From assembly GCA_963797095.1 (NCBI GenBank), contig CAWCNY010000003.1, positions 512,001 to 576,000 of the forward strand: a stretch of 64,000 nt of DNA, read 5' to 3'. The DNA comes from an uncultured Chloroflexia bacterium. GTDB lineage: Bacteria; Chloroflexota; Chloroflexia; QHBQ01; JADMIH01. Within the stretch, counting starts at the first letter, position 1. Each line of letters opens with the position of its first letter. Below, piece by piece: positions 1-11,529 of the stretch. Under the pieces are notes generated by a model. The model had not been told where the DNA came from. It saw only the letters and a program-made list of their open reading frames with translations, and did not search any database. The position numbers and the translations under genes were made by a program.

Positions 1-115
1 AGAAGGACGAAGGATCGAAGGCACTGGAGGATTGTCATGGAAATAGATAGGGTCCCCTTACGATGAAATTTTCGATCCCTTCGTGCTCTTCGCGCTACTT
101 CGTATCTTCGCGTAC
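1..115. repeat. Degenerate short CGAAG/CTTCG repeats in inverted orientation (REP-like intergenic element, may be truncated at the window edge)
   Basis: gaaggacgaaggatcgaagg at the start faces ccttcgtgctcttcgcgctacttcgtatcttcgcg at about 78-112. Confidence 0.35.
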
Positions 116-279
116 CAGTCTTGGTGTACCAGGCAAACTTACCCTGTGTGGAACTTTCCACCGGCAGCCTGCGTCATATAATGGGAACGTGATTGCGACG
201 TTACTCGCGTGAGCCTTGCGGTTCGCGGCTCGCTTGACTATTCGGAAAGAGAACATGGTGCCCCTGGAGGTACAAACCT

Positions 280-3200
280 ATGGCTATGGACACTAATGGA
301 CCGGCAAATCCAACGCAACCCTCGGATGGCGAGAAACCTGAAGCGTCGAATCTGCCTATGCTTGTGGGGCTGGGAACCGCCCTGGTCGCCATTATTGCCG
401 TCACTATCTGGGCTATCACGCGACAGGCGAACCCGGGCATTGTCGAACCGGAGCCGTTCCTGACACCCACACCGGGAGTGACAGCCACTAACGTGGCGCA
501 GTTGTCGCCAACGCCTTTTGCAGGGGCGGCAACCTTCACGCCTGAGGCAAGCTCGGTGATTTCCGGGCCTCATGTATTGGGCATCACCGCCGGGGTGGGC
601 ATGAGCCGTGGGGATATCGCAGGCCCAGCACAGATCGCGGTGCTCTTCTCGGATGATATGGACCAGGCGTCGGCGCAGTCGGCATTCTCGGTGGAGCCTG
701 CGGTGCAGGGCGATTTCAAGTGGCAGGAGCGAACGCTCTTCTTCACGCCTGAAACATCCCTGCAGCCCGCCACCGACTACACCGTTAATGTAAGTAAGGA
801 CGCCAGAACCAGGGGAGGCGCGCTGCTGGCCGCGCCCATGCAGGTTGGCTTCAAGACAGCGCCTGCGCCGTCCATCCTGCGCACTCTACCCACCACCGGC
901 GCGAGTGAGGTGCCAACCGATGTGGTGGTCACGATTTCGTTCAACCGCCCAATGATCCCTCTCACCGCGCTTGACAGCCAGCCCGACCCCTCGCAGTGGG
1001 TCACGATCTCGCCGCAGGTGGCGGGGCGATGGGTGTGGCTCGGCACGGCAGCAGTGGGCTTCCGTCCTGACAAAAACAACGGCTTCGCGCCCGCCGCCAA
1101 TTACACCCTTGAGGTAAAGGCGGGCTGGCCCGATGCTACAGGCGTTACGCTGGCCCAGGGCACGAGCGCCACTTTCACCACCATCAAGCCCGCCATCCTG
1201 AGCGTCAGCCCCTACAACGGCGCGGGCAGCGTCATGATCGACCAGCCGTTGGTTATTCGCTTCAACATGCCGATGGGCCACGCGACCCAATCGGTCTTCT
1301 ACCTCAGCAAGCAAGCGGGCGGCGACGCTGTAGCAGGCATAAGCGAGTGGTCGGCTGACAGCACCGTGATGACATACACGCCGTCAAGCCTGCTCGATTT
1401 CAGTACCCGCTATGTGGCGACCTTCCAGCGCGACGTGCAAACCGCTCAAGGGCAATCAAGCGAGCTTGCGGGCGGCGCGCAGACCAACACATGGGACTTC
1501 ACCACCACCAGCCCCACCCAGGTCTCGTCGCACTACCCCGATAGCTCGGACGGCGCAAGACCGCCATCCAACAGCTTCGGCTTCTCCTTCAACAACCCCA
1601 TCGCGCCCGACCAATCCCTGGGCCAGTATCTTGAGATCTCTCCGGTGCCTGAGGGATATGTCGGGCAGTTGACCGTCAGCCAATCCGGGGCCTACACCGA
1701 TGGGGTAAAACTGAAGGCCAACACCACCTACAGCTTCTCTCTGAAAGCCGGGCTGAAGGACAAGTGGGGCTTTGACATACCCGCCACCACCTGGCAGGTG
1801 CAGATCGGACCTCTACAGCCATCGTTCAACTTCAAGGGCGGCTCGTTCCAGCCGATCTACTCGGAGGGGCCGACCTTTGTGCAGATCAACGCCGCCAATC
1901 TCGCGTCGCTCAGTATGCACCTGAATACGCTCAGCCAGGACGATGTGCGCTCCTTGCTTGCGCGCGGGCTATATTTCGACCCGAACACCGCATTCCCCGG
2001 CAATGGTGTACGCGACTGGACCTTGCAGGTGCCCGGCGGGGCCAAAGTCGACGAAACCACCACCTTCTACAACACGATCTCGCGGGACGGCAACGGCGAT
2101 AGGCTGGCGAAGGGCTACTATCTGCTGTGGGCCACCGCACCCAACCCCTACGACGCCAGCTACCCGCTCTCGGCGGCTACCGTCCTCATCGTGGGGCGGA
2201 ACGGCGTGGTCAACAAGATCGACCAGCAGGGCAACATGCTGATGTGGGTGGCCGACCTGGGCACAGGCAAACCTACCGGCGGCTACAACCTGCGCGTAGA
2301 GCAGCTGCGCTCCGATTACAGCAACAACCAGCCGCAAACGGTGGTCGTGACCACTCAGAAGACGCAAACCGGCGCTGACGGCGTGGCTAAGCTCAAGCTC
2401 GACAAGGCTGACAACGTCTTTGTAACAGCAGTGTGGGCCGATGGGGATGACGCCTTGCTGGCGACCACCGGCTGGGCTAATAACATCAACCCCTACCAGT
2501 TCGGCATCTCCGGCGCATACGGCGACCAGGGTCTGCGTGCATCTGCCTACGTCGACAGGCCGATCTACAGGCCGGGCCAGACGGTCTACTTCCGGGGCGT
2601 CTACAGGCTGGACGACGACGCATCCTATACCTTGCCACCGGCGGGCCAGACGGTGAATGTACGCGCCTGGGTCTATACCTCTCAGGGCCAGACGAGCGTG
2701 TACACAGGCACCGCGAGCCTATCGGGCGACGGCACGGCAAGCGGCCAGTTCGTGATCCCGGTGGACGCGCCGGTCGGCAGCTACACCCTTGCGATGTCGA
2801 GGCCGGGGGCCGCGCTCGCCGATTACTACGACTACAGCGGGGCTTATACCTCTTTCAGCGTGGAGGAGTACCGCAAGCCCGACTTCCAGGTGAATGTCAG
2901 CTCCGATCCTGAGCACGTGAAAGGCGACCCCATCACGGCCACGATACAGGCGGGTTACTATTTCGGCGGGCCGCTCCAGAGCGTGACCACCACTGTGAAC
3001 CTCCAGGCCAGCGCCTACTACTTCTCCTGGGTTGACCCCGACACGGGCGAGACCTACCAGTTCGGCGAGTACCAGCCCCCGATCTGGCTGTACGACTACT
3101 ATTACCGCCCCGGCGTCTACCCCACACCTGAGCCGGTGCAGACGTTCCAGGGAGTGACCGACAAAGACGGCGTGATGGTCGCGGATGTGACGCAGTACAT

Positions 3201-6200
3201 CACCACCACCAATGGCAGCAAGTCGGTGCTTATCGAGGGCCAGGTGCAGGACCTGAGCAACCAGGCGGTTGCCAACAGCACCACAGTGGTGGTACACCAG
3301 GGCCTCTACTACATCGGCCTGCGCAACGAAGACTATATAGCGACCGCCAAAGTGCCAACCACCATCACAGTGCGTACGGTCGAGTGGTCGGGCAAAGCGA
3401 TCCAGCCGAACACCACAGTCAACCTGAAGTTCGTGCGACGCGAGTGGGTGGCCCCCACCGACCCGCAGGGCGAATGGAAGCTTAACGAGGTACCGGTGGG
3501 CAACACCACTGTCACCACCGACGCCAGTGGCCACGCCACCTACCTCTTCACGCCTCCCACGGCCGGCGAGTACGGCATCGAGGCCACCGGCACCGATGGC
3601 AGGGGCAACCTGATCCGCACCACCACCCAGTTCTACGCATCCGACAGCACGCCGGGCTACTACGTGCCGTGGCGCTATATGAACGACAACGCGGTGCAGT
3701 TGGTGGCTGACAAGACCCAGTACGAGGCCGGCGACACGGCTCATATACTCGTGACCTCGCCTTTCAGCGAGTCAACTGCCCTCCTCACCATAGAGCGCGG
3801 ACACCTGCGCCGCTACCAGGTGATCACCCTGGAGGGCACCGCTCCTACTATAGATGTGCCATTGCAGGATGGCGACCTGCCCAACGTCTACGTTGGCCTC
3901 ACGCTGCTTGGGCCGGGCAAAGCACCCGACGATGCGCCCAGGGGGTGGGTCAGCCAGGTCAACATGAGGCAGGGCTATGTCAATCTCTCGCTCGACACGT
4001 CGGGCAAAGAGTTGCAGGTAAGCGTGGAGCCTCAGGGCAACGGGCCTTTCCTGCCCGGCACCACCAACGCCGTGAAGATAACAACCACGGATAGCTCAGG
4101 CAAGCCGGTGCAGGGCGCGTTCTCGCTCGCTGTTGTGGACGAGGCGATCTATGCCCTGGAAGATGGCGGCACGCCCGGCCTGTTCAGCGACTTCTGGTCC
4201 GAGCGCGGGCTTGGAGTATCCACGTCCACTAGCTTCACAGCCGGAGATGTCTCGACTTACGGGCGGGGCGGAGGAGGCGATTTCTACAATGCGGGCGCTG
4301 TGCCATCGACGGCACCCGCTCCCACCACTGAGGATGCCTCCGCCGGAGCAAAGGACGGGGCAAGCGCTGCCCAGGCCCCTCAGAAGGTGAGAACAAACTT
4401 CCAGGACACTGCCTTCTGGATCGCTGAGGTGGCGACCGGCAGCGACGGCACGGCCACGGTGCAGGTGCCTTTCCCCGATAACCTGACCACCTGGCGGCTG
4501 ACCACTGCCGGGCTGACCAAAGATACATTGGCAGGCGGGGCCAGCGCGCCTATGACCGTCACTCAACCCCTCTTGTTGAGGCCGGTGCTGCCGCGCTTCC
4601 TGACCACGGGCGACAACCCTCAGCCGCAAGCTATCATCCACAACAACACAGGCAGCGACCTGGACCTGACGGTTAGCCTGGAGGTGAGCGGCTCAATCGC
4701 TCTAGAGAAGGGGCAAGCCGCCGACCAGAACATAACCGTCAAGACGGGCGAGCAAGGCGTGGTGACCTGGAAAGCCACCGTCGATAAGGGCGACACCGCC
4801 AGCTTCAGGTTCTGGGTGCGCACCACCAACAAGACCGGGGCCGACTACCACGAGGACGCGGTCGGCATGAGCCTGCCGGTCAAGCCGTTCGCCGCGCCGG
4901 AGGCGGTCGCCACCAGCGGCGAGGTGCAGGGGGTACACGGCTTCGAGGGAGTAATGATCCCCTACTCGGTCAACCCGCTGCTTGGAGACCTGACTGTGCA
5001 GGTGTCTCCTTCGCTGGCGGCGGCCACCATCGGCAGCCTGATCTACGTGAAAGAGTACGACTGGGAGAGCACCGACGCGACGGTGAGCCGCTTCCTGCCT
5101 TTGGTGGTGCTCGAAAAGGTGTATAACGAGCAGGGGCTGAAGACCCCCTACTCTCAGGACATACCGGGCATAGTGTCGAACGCCCTCAAGAGGCTGGCCG
5201 AGCTACAGCAGCCCGATGGCGGTTGGGCCTGGTGGGAGCGCGGACCTTCCAACTGGTTCGAGACGGCCTACGTGGTACAGGGCCTGAGCGCTCTGCACGA
5301 TGCGGGGTACAGCGTATCGACCGACATGGGGAGCATGTTCCAGCGCGGGCGCGACCGGTTGCAAAGCTTCCTGAGCGAGAACAGCACGAGCGGCATCGAC
5401 CAGACATACCATCTCGATATGAGGGCATACACGCTGTACGTGCTTGCCTATGCGAACGGCGCGCCACCGGAGAGCGAGGCGAGGGACCTGATCAACCAGA
5501 CCCCACGCCTGAGCGCGCACGCCCGCGCATGGCTGGCGATGGCGCTCGGCAAGATGGGCATGAGCGAGAGCAAGCAGGTGCTCGATAGCCTGGTGTCGGA
5601 GGCGCGACAGACAAGCACGCTGGCCCACTGGGAAGAAGGCACGCCCGACTACTGGAGCATGGGCACCGACAACCGCGCTACCGCGCTGGCAATCGACGCG
5701 CTGGTAACACTCCAGCCCGACGACCCGATAGTGCAGAAGGCGGTACGCTGGATTATGTCGGCTGAGCGCGAAGGGCACTGGCTCTCCACGCAGGAGACCA
5801 GCATAGTGCTGGTGGCGCTGGCCCACTACATGCAGCAGAGCAAAGAGCTTAGCGCCGACTATGTTTTCCAGGTGGACGCCTTCGGCAAGCTGCTTGGGCA
5901 GGGGCTCGCCAACTCCACCACCCTCACGCAGACGGCGACCTTCACGCTGCCTGTGTCCGACATGCCTGTGAACACGCTTGGCGATGTGAACCTGTCGCGT
6001 AGCAACGACAGCGGCAAGATGTACTACCAGATGTCGCTCAAGTACTACGTGCCGGGCGAGGGGATCAAGTCGCGCAGCGAGGGGCTGGCGATCAGCCGCA
6101 GCTACTACAAGATGACCGACGGGGTGGCGAGCGACCAACCTGTCACCGAGGCGCAGGCGGGCGACCTGCTGAAGGTGCGGCTGACCATCGTGGTGCCGGA

Positions 6201-6606
6201 GACCTCGTACTATGTGCGCGTGACCGACCCGCTGCCCGCAGGACTTGAGGGGGTGAACGGCTCGCTCAACACGACCAGCTTTACCGAGCGCCCACCTGCC
6301 CCGGCGGGGATCTTGGTGCCTGACGCAGTGCCGACCGGCGTTGCAGGCTCGTCGCCGACATCCGGCTATCCGGGTTATGACTACGACTACCTCTACTGGC
6401 GCTGGGGTCCATTCGACAATGTGGAGATGCGCGACGACAGCACCGTGCTCTTCGCCACCTATATGAGCCCAGGGACCTATGTATATGAGTACTACGCCAG
6501 GGCCACCACACCCGGCAACTACATGGACCTGCCCGCCAACGCCGAGTTGCTCTACTTCCCGGACGTATTCGGACGCAGCGACGGCGGGGAGTTCAAGGTA
6601 AGGTAA
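280..6606 (+). CDS. Bacterial alpha-2-macroglobulin family surface protein with N-terminal TM anchor and about 4 Ig-like (Big_5) domains; thioester motif absent
   Basis: 2108-aa ORF with A2M signatures DRPIYRPGQTV, VEEYRKPDF, VRTNFQDTAFW, FPDNLTTWR, RPVLPRFL, QQPDGGWAWW, WLSTQET, DPLPAGLE; repeated F(N/S)xxM Ig-like units; TM segment at about aa 26-46. Confidence 0.93.
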   Translation: MAMDTNGPANPTQPSDGEKPEASNLPMLVGLGTALVAIIAVTIWAITRQANPGIVEPEPFLTPTPGVTATNVAQLSPTPFAGAATFTPEASSVISGPHVLGITAGVGMSRGDIAGPAQIAVLFSDDMDQASAQSAFSVEPAVQGDFKWQERTLFFTPETSLQPATDYTVNVSKDARTRGGALLAAPMQVGFKTAPAPSILRTLPTTGASEVPTDVVVTISFNRPMIPLTALDSQPDPSQWVTISPQVAGRWVWLGTAAVGFRPDKNNGFAPAANYTLEVKAGWPDATGVTLAQGTSATFTTIKPAILSVSPYNGAGSVMIDQPLVIRFNMPMGHATQSVFYLSKQAGGDAVAGISEWSADSTVMTYTPSSLLDFSTRYVATFQRDVQTAQGQSSELAGGAQTNTWDFTTTSPTQVSSHYPDSSDGARPPSNSFGFSFNNPIAPDQSLGQYLEISPVPEGYVGQLTVSQSGAYTDGVKLKANTTYSFSLKAGLKDKWGFDIPATTWQVQIGPLQPSFNFKGGSFQPIYSEGPTFVQINAANLASLSMHLNTLSQDDVRSLLARGLYFDPNTAFPGNGVRDWTLQVPGGAKVDETTTFYNTISRDGNGDRLAKGYYLLWATAPNPYDASYPLSAATVLIVGRNGVVNKIDQQGNMLMWVADLGTGKPTGGYNLRVEQLRSDYSNNQPQTVVVTTQKTQTGADGVAKLKLDKADNVFVTAVWADGDDALLATTGWANNINPYQFGISGAYGDQGLRASAYVDRPIYRPGQTVYFRGVYRLDDDASYTLPPAGQTVNVRAWVYTSQGQTSVYTGTASLSGDGTASGQFVIPVDAPVGSYTLAMSRPGAALADYYDYSGAYTSFSVEEYRKPDFQVNVSSDPEHVKGDPITATIQAGYYFGGPLQSVTTTVNLQASAYYFSWVDPDTGETYQFGEYQPPIWLYDYYYRPGVYPTPEPVQTFQGVTDKDGVMVADVTQYITTTNGSKSVLIEGQVQDLSNQAVANSTTVVVHQGLYYIGLRNEDYIATAKVPTTITVRTVEWSGKAIQPNTTVNLKFVRREWVAPTDPQGEWKLNEVPVGNTTVTTDASGHATYLFTPPTAGEYGIEATGTDGRGNLIRTTTQFYASDSTPGYYVPWRYMNDNAVQLVADKTQYEAGDTAHILVTSPFSESTALLTIERGHLRRYQVITLEGTAPTIDVPLQDGDLPNVYVGLTLLGPGKAPDDAPRGWVSQVNMRQGYVNLSLDTSGKELQVSVEPQGNGPFLPGTTNAVKITTTDSSGKPVQGAFSLAVVDEAIYALEDGGTPGLFSDFWSERGLGVSTSTSFTAGDVSTYGRGGGGDFYNAGAVPSTAPAPTTEDASAGAKDGASAAQAPQKVRTNFQDTAFWIAEVATGSDGTATVQVPFPDNLTTWRLTTAGLTKDTLAGGASAPMTVTQPLLLRPVLPRFLTTGDNPQPQAIIHNNTGSDLDLTVSLEVSGSIALEKGQAADQNITVKTGEQGVVTWKATVDKGDTASFRFWVRTTNKTGADYHEDAVGMSLPVKPFAAPEAVATSGEVQGVHGFEGVMIPYSVNPLLGDLTVQVSPSLAAATIGSLIYVKEYDWESTDATVSRFLPLVVLEKVYNEQGLKTPYSQDIPGIVSNALKRLAELQQPDGGWAWWERGPSNWFETAYVVQGLSALHDAGYSVSTDMGSMFQRGRDRLQSFLSENSTSGIDQTYHLDMRAYTLYVLAYANGAPPESEARDLINQTPRLSAHARAWLAMALGKMGMSESKQVLDSLVSEARQTSTLAHWEEGTPDYWSMGTDNRATALAIDALVTLQPDDPIVQKAVRWIMSAEREGHWLSTQETSIVLVALAHYMQQSKELSADYVFQVDAFGKLLGQGLANSTTLTQTATFTLPVSDMPVNTLGDVNLSRSNDSGKMYYQMSLKYYVPGEGIKSRSEGLAISRSYYKMTDGVASDQPVTEAQAGDLLKVRLTIVVPETSYYVRVTDPLPAGLEGVNGSLNTTSFTERPPAPAGILVPDAVPTGVAGSSPTSGYPGYDYDYLYWRWGPFDNVEMRDDSTVLFATYMSPGTYVYEYYARATTPGNYMDLPANAELLYFPDVFGRSDGGEFKVR

Positions 6607-6687
6607 CAGCCAGGTGCCCCGGTAATCCTGGAACACGCAGAGGGGGAGGAGGGCGAAGGGCACGTAGGTTAATGGAGTTTGAGATGT

Positions 6688-6728
6688 GGGTGCCTGGGAC
6701 TCTGCGTCCCAGGCACCCTCTCTTTTTG
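6688..6728 (+). terminator. Intrinsic terminator after the A2M gene
   Basis: Hairpin gggtgcctgggac-tctgc-gtcccaggcaccc followed by tctcttttt. Confidence 0.75.
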
Positions 6729-7129
6729 CGTACCTTCAGGTAGTTGCGATCCGATTGCGCTGCCTTGCGCGAATGGAGGATTGGACTCGCCCTCCCATAC
6801 TAAATGACATCAGTGAGACAAAACTGGACAGATTTTGGGGTGTACTTTCGGGTAGTTTTTTGGGATGAAGGTGGTCGATTCCATTCACCCACAAAGCACG
6901 CCTAAACCATTCGGCTTATGACCTCGGATGGAGCCACTTGCGCAGTAGTAGGACTAATGAGCTATTGCTGCTAGCAGACTATCGCTTTAGAATGTGAGTA
7001 GCAAGAAGTTAGAGCCAAAGTGTGATGAGCACGTCTAAAGGATGAGTTGCAAGTGCAACGGGGCGGGCATCCTGCGCACTTACAAACAGTTTTGGGTGCA
7101 CAGTTAGCCTCAACACCGGGAATCTTAGA

Positions 7130-10100
7130 ATGCCAACAAATCGACAACGTTTAGGGGGAGCTTTGGTCATCGGACTACGCAAATTGGACCCGCGCCGCAG
7201 CCTCAGGGTGCGACTTGGATTCTCACTGGCGGCGCTCTCACTTGTATTTACGATATTGACAGGTATATTCTTCGGCCAGCTAGGTGACCAGCGCGAGCGG
7301 GATGTGGCAGGCGCTACACTGGCTGAGCAAGCATTCCACGCAGCCGACAAAATCGACCAGATCATGGTCGAGCGTTACAGGGACCTAGAAGTTGTCTCGG
7401 CCGGCGATCTATTTCGGAATGCTGCCCCCTACGCCTCCCGCCGCGCACTCCTTGAGACGATGCAGAATGCCTATCGCTACTACACCTGGCTGGGCCTGCT
7501 CGACACCAAAGGGAAAGTAGTGGTGGGCACAGGAGGTTTGCTCGAAGGAGCGGATTTCTCCAGGGAACCGCTTTTTACGCAAGCTCAAACGCATGTTTTT
7601 ATGGCAGAAGGAGAGATCAACGAACCACCCGGCGACAAGGTGTCCGATCTTGTGGAGGGACCGACCCACCCCACGATGGTATCTGCGCCTGTGTTTGACG
7701 CGAACGGGAATTTTGCCGGGGTAATAGGGGCTTATGTCGATTGGGATTGGACGCAGGATATTACGCGCACACTCTCAGATTCGCCTCAGGGTAACGGGCC
7801 GCTCGAGATGTTCGTGCTCGGTCGCGACAACTATGTGCTGCTAGGCACACCTGATCTGGTAGGAACACACCTGAACGTCACCTCAACACAAACCGCCCAG
7901 GATAGCACGCACAACTATGTGCAGGAGAAGTGGCCTGATGGACGCGAGTATTTGTCGGGCTTGAGCAGCACCGGAGGTTACGAGGATTTCCCCGGCCTGG
8001 GGTGGAAAGTACTGGTACGCCAGGATGCGTACAGCGCGCTGGCTGTAGCTCGCAAGTTCGAGGAAATCCAGGCCTGGTTTGGTTTGGCGATGGGTATCAT
8101 GTGGGCATTGGCAGGGTGGATGCTCGCAAGGCGGATGGCTGGCCCGATGATATCCATAGCAAACGCGGCAAACCGGATACGCAAGGGAAAATCGACCGTC
8201 ATCCCGAAGGTTAAAGGACGGGACGAAGTGGCGATGCTCGCAAGTTCGCTCAATGAGATGGTGGGGAACATCACCAATCAGGAGCAGGAGCTGAAGGCGC
8301 TTAACGACGAGATGGGGCTGGAACTTGACGAGCGCAAGCGAATCGAAGAAGCCTTACGCGACAGCGAGGAGAAGTACCGGGCTTTCGTTGCCTATAGCTC
8401 GGAGGGGATAATGCGCGTCGAGGCGGATGCCCCTATACCCACCAACCTGCCCGCAGATGAACAGATCGAGCTTTTCTTCAAGCACGGCTACCTGGCCGAG
8501 TGCAACGATGTAATGGCGCAGATGTATGACTTTGCCAGTAGCGATGAGATCATGGGGGCACGGCTCGGCAGCGTGTTCGCAAGGACAGACGAGATCAACG
8601 CGATGTACTTGCAGCAGTTCGTAAGGTCGGGATACCGGTTAATTGAAGCCGAGTCGTGCCGAAAGGATCGGGATGGGAACGACAGGCATTTCAGCAACAG
8701 CTTTGTGGGCGTGGTACAGGATGGGAAGCTTGTTAGCGTGTGGGGCACACAGCGCGACATCACCGAGCGCAAGGCGATGCAAACCGCCCTGCAAGAATTG
8801 GAGATCAAGTTCAGGTCGGTAGCCGAGTCGGCCACGGACGTGATCGCCTCTCTCGACACCAGGGGCAACATAGTGCAGTGGAACCATGCAGCCGAGGTCG
8901 CGTTTGGATATTCCGAAGAAGAGATGCTGGGCAAATCGCTGAGCCTGATCGTCCCCGACAACGTCACGCAACTGGAGAACTGGCAAAGAGCCTTGGCCAG
9001 GCCCGAGGAGTGGGAGCAGGTGAGGCAGCACCCCATGGAGATGGTGGGCTTGAGGCGCGACGGCAGCGAATTTCCCATAGAGCTTTCGATAGCAAGCTGG
9101 GAGATGGGCACCGAGACGTTCTACACGGCTATTGTGCGCGACATCACCGAGCGCAAGCGGGCTGAAGAATCACGTCTCGCCAGAGAAGCGGCCGAAAAGG
9201 CCAGCCGGGCCAAGAGCGAGTTCCTTTCGCGTATGAGCCACGAATTGCGCACGCCTCTCAACTCGATCCTGGGGTTCGGGCAATTGCTCCAGATGGACGA
9301 GCTTACCCAAAGCCAGGAAGAGAGCATAGGATATATCATGGGGGCGGGTAAGCACCTCCTCGGGTTGATCAACGAGATACTCGATATATCGCGCATCGAG
9401 TTGGGGCATATGAAACTTTCGCTCGAGCCTGTAGAAATCGCGCCGGTGATTGAGGAGTGTTTGGACCTGGTGAGACCTATGGCCGGTCAGAGGCAGCTAC
9501 ACATAGACACAGGGGAACCATATGAGAGGCTGCAAGGGAAGTATGTTTTTGGCGATCAGCAAAAACTGAGGCAAGTGCTTTTGAATCTATTGTCAAATGC
9601 AATCAAATATAATAGTGAGGGGGGAAGCATAAAGCTTCGATACGAAGAATGCACAGGTAGAGACGACAAGCACATGCGCATTAGCATCACCGACACCGGA
9701 TTCGGTATTCAAGTAGAAGAGTTGCCCAGGTTGTTTTCCCCGTTCGAAAGATTGGACGCCGAGCGCCAGGGTGTTGAAGGTACCGGGCTTGGGCTTGTAC
9801 TCGCCAAGAGGTTGATCGAGGCAATGGGCGGGACAATAGGCGTGGAAAGCATCGTTGGCAAGGGAAGCACTTTCTGGATTGAGCTACCCATGAAGGATGG
9901 TGAGATAGAAGCACGAGCAAACGAGCCGGACCTCAGAATCACAAGTGCCCTCAATGAAATGCACTTGCCGGAGGAAGCGAAAACCCTGCTCTATGTGGAA
10001 GACAACCTGGCTAATATGAAGTTGGTAGAGAGGATCGTGGAGCGAGTGCCTCAGATCAGGTTGCTGGCGGCCACACGAGGCTCCAGGGGGATCGAGATGG

Positions 10101-10357
10101 CACGCGAGTATCGTCCCGACCTGATATTCCTCGATATGAATCTGCCCGATATGTCGGGGCGCGAAGTGATAGCCGAGTTGAAACAGGACATCAGAACCGG
10201 CTCGATCCCGGTGGTGATAATTACCGCGGATGGAAGCGAATCGCAGATGGAAAGCCTGGCGTTGAAGGGGGTGCAAGCGTACCTGACCAAGCCTTTCAAC
10301 GTAAAAGAGTTGCTGGAGGTATTGCAGGCTTTAGCGTGTGACAAAGTGGGAGTGTGA
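7130..10357 (+). CDS. Hybrid sensor histidine kinase (Cache-like sensor, HAMP, 2 PAS, HisKA, HATPase, REC)
   Basis: Two TM helices; HAMP ([14 protein letters not shown]); PAS ends RDITERK x2; H-box [14 protein letters not shown]; NAIKYN, DTGFGI, GTGLGL; C-terminal REC (YVEDN, FLDMNLP, KPF). Confidence 0.95.
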   Translation: MPTNRQRLGGALVIGLRKLDPRRSLRVRLGFSLAALSLVFTILTGIFFGQLGDQRERDVAGATLAEQAFHAADKIDQIMVERYRDLEVVSAGDLFRNAAPYASRRALLETMQNAYRYYTWLGLLDTKGKVVVGTGGLLEGADFSREPLFTQAQTHVFMAEGEINEPPGDKVSDLVEGPTHPTMVSAPVFDANGNFAGVIGAYVDWDWTQDITRTLSDSPQGNGPLEMFVLGRDNYVLLGTPDLVGTHLNVTSTQTAQDSTHNYVQEKWPDGREYLSGLSSTGGYEDFPGLGWKVLVRQDAYSALAVARKFEEIQAWFGLAMGIMWALAGWMLARRMAGPMISIANAANRIRKGKSTVIPKVKGRDEVAMLASSLNEMVGNITNQEQELKALNDEMGLELDERKRIEEALRDSEEKYRAFVAYSSEGIMRVEADAPIPTNLPADEQIELFFKHGYLAECNDVMAQMYDFASSDEIMGARLGSVFARTDEINAMYLQQFVRSGYRLIEAESCRKDRDGNDRHFSNSFVGVVQDGKLVSVWGTQRDITERKAMQTALQELEIKFRSVAESATDVIASLDTRGNIVQWNHAAEVAFGYSEEEMLGKSLSLIVPDNVTQLENWQRALARPEEWEQVRQHPMEMVGLRRDGSEFPIELSIASWEMGTETFYTAIVRDITERKRAEESRLAREAAEKASRAKSEFLSRMSHELRTPLNSILGFGQLLQMDELTQSQEESIGYIMGAGKHLLGLINEILDISRIELGHMKLSLEPVEIAPVIEECLDLVRPMAGQRQLHIDTGEPYERLQGKYVFGDQQKLRQVLLNLLSNAIKYNSEGGSIKLRYEECTGRDDKHMRISITDTGFGIQVEELPRLFSPFERLDAERQGVEGTGLGLVLAKRLIEAMGGTIGVESIVGKGSTFWIELPMKDGEIEARANEPDLRITSALNEMHLPEEAKTLLYVEDNLANMKLVERIVERVPQIRLLAATRGSRGIEMAREYRPDLIFLDMNLPDMSGREVIAELKQDIRTGSIPVVIITADGSESQMESLALKGVQAYLTKPFNVKELLEVLQALACDKVGV

Positions 10358-10361
10358 GTGC

Positions 10362-11480
10362 ATGCCGGATAAAGGAACCTTCTCAGAAGAAATGAAGAGT
10401 GCCCGCATCTTGATCATAGACGACCAGGAGGCGAATGTACGGCTGCTTGAAGGGATATTACGGCGCGCCGGATTCACAGGCTGCGCTAGCATCACCGATG
10501 CCCGGCAGGCAATTCCTTCGTTTATGAAGTTGGAGCCTGATCTGGTGCTGCTCGACCTGATGATGCCATATGTGAACGGGTTCGAGATACTTGAGCATCT
10601 GAAGCGGCTGATATCAATCGCGAGCTATGTGCCTGTGCTCGTATTGACGGCGGATGTCACATCGGAGGCGAAGCAGAAGGCGCTTGCGATGGGCGCTAAG
10701 GACTTCCTGACCAAGCCGTTCGATCCGGCGGAGGTGCTCCTGCGCATCAAGAACCTCCTTGAGACACGGTATCTGCACCTGGAGATAGTAAAGCAGAACG
10801 AAGATCTTGAGGACAAGGTGAGGCAGCGCACACAGGAGTTGGAGGCAGCGCAGATCGAGATATTGGACCGGCTGGCGCAGGCAGCCGAGTATCGCGACGA
10901 CGATACGGGAGAGCATATCAAGCGGGTTGGGCTTATTTGCGCGCACATTGCGGCGGCGTTGAACCTACCTGAGAGGGCTCTTGAGTTGATCAGGCTGGCA
11001 TCGCCACTGCACGACGTGGGCAAGATCGCCATCCCCGATAGCATTTTGCTGAAGCCGGGCAGGCTAACGCCTGAAGAGTTCGAGGTTGTGAAGACGCACA
11101 CCACCATAGGAGCGCGACTCCTCTCGAATGGGCGCTCGGAGCTGATCCAGATGGCGGAAACGATAGCGCTCACACACCATGAGAGATGGGATGGGACAGG
11201 CTATCCACGGGGTCTCAGCGCTGAGGCGATCCCAATCGAGGGACGGATCACCAGCGTGGCCGATGTGTTCGATGCGCTGACCCACAAGCGGCCATACAAG
11301 GAACCCTGGCCTCTGGAGGACGCGGTGGCCGAGATCAAAAAGCAGACGGGGAAGCAGTTCGATCCACAGGTGGTGGAGGTGTTCGTGAACCTGGTGGCTT
11401 CCGGTCTGCTAATGGAAATGGACACGCAAACTCAGACGCGGGTACAGGTAGTTGAAGGCGAGCTAGTTTCTCAAGGCTAG
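10362..11480 (+). CDS. Response regulator with HD-GYP c-di-GMP phosphodiesterase domain (RpfG-like)
   Basis: REC (IIDDQ, LLDLMMP, KPF) plus [30 protein letters not shown]; ATG 4 bp after the kinase stop. Confidence 0.95.
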   Translation: MPDKGTFSEEMKSARILIIDDQEANVRLLEGILRRAGFTGCASITDARQAIPSFMKLEPDLVLLDLMMPYVNGFEILEHLKRLISIASYVPVLVLTADVTSEAKQKALAMGAKDFLTKPFDPAEVLLRIKNLLETRYLHLEIVKQNEDLEDKVRQRTQELEAAQIEILDRLAQAAEYRDDDTGEHIKRVGLICAHIAAALNLPERALELIRLASPLHDVGKIAIPDSILLKPGRLTPEEFEVVKTHTTIGARLLSNGRSELIQMAETIALTHHERWDGTGYPRGLSAEAIPIEGRITSVADVFDALTHKRPYKEPWPLEDAVAEIKKQTGKQFDPQVVEVFVNLVASGLLMEMDTQTQTRVQVVEGELVSQG

Positions 11481-11529
11481 CATTTCGCGCGCCGAGGTGC
11501 CGTCGCACTATATTGAGCGATGCGAATAG

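Noticed and set aside
2719-6663. Long minus-strand ORFs (341 aa, 486 aa) opposite the A2M gene
   Set aside because: Antisense shadows of a GC3-rich gene with no recognisable motifs.
6730-7129. Possible riboswitch (e.g. c-di-GMP) upstream of the kinase/HD-GYP pair
   Set aside because: No recognisable aptamer consensus by eye; an Rfam/Infernal scan would be needed.
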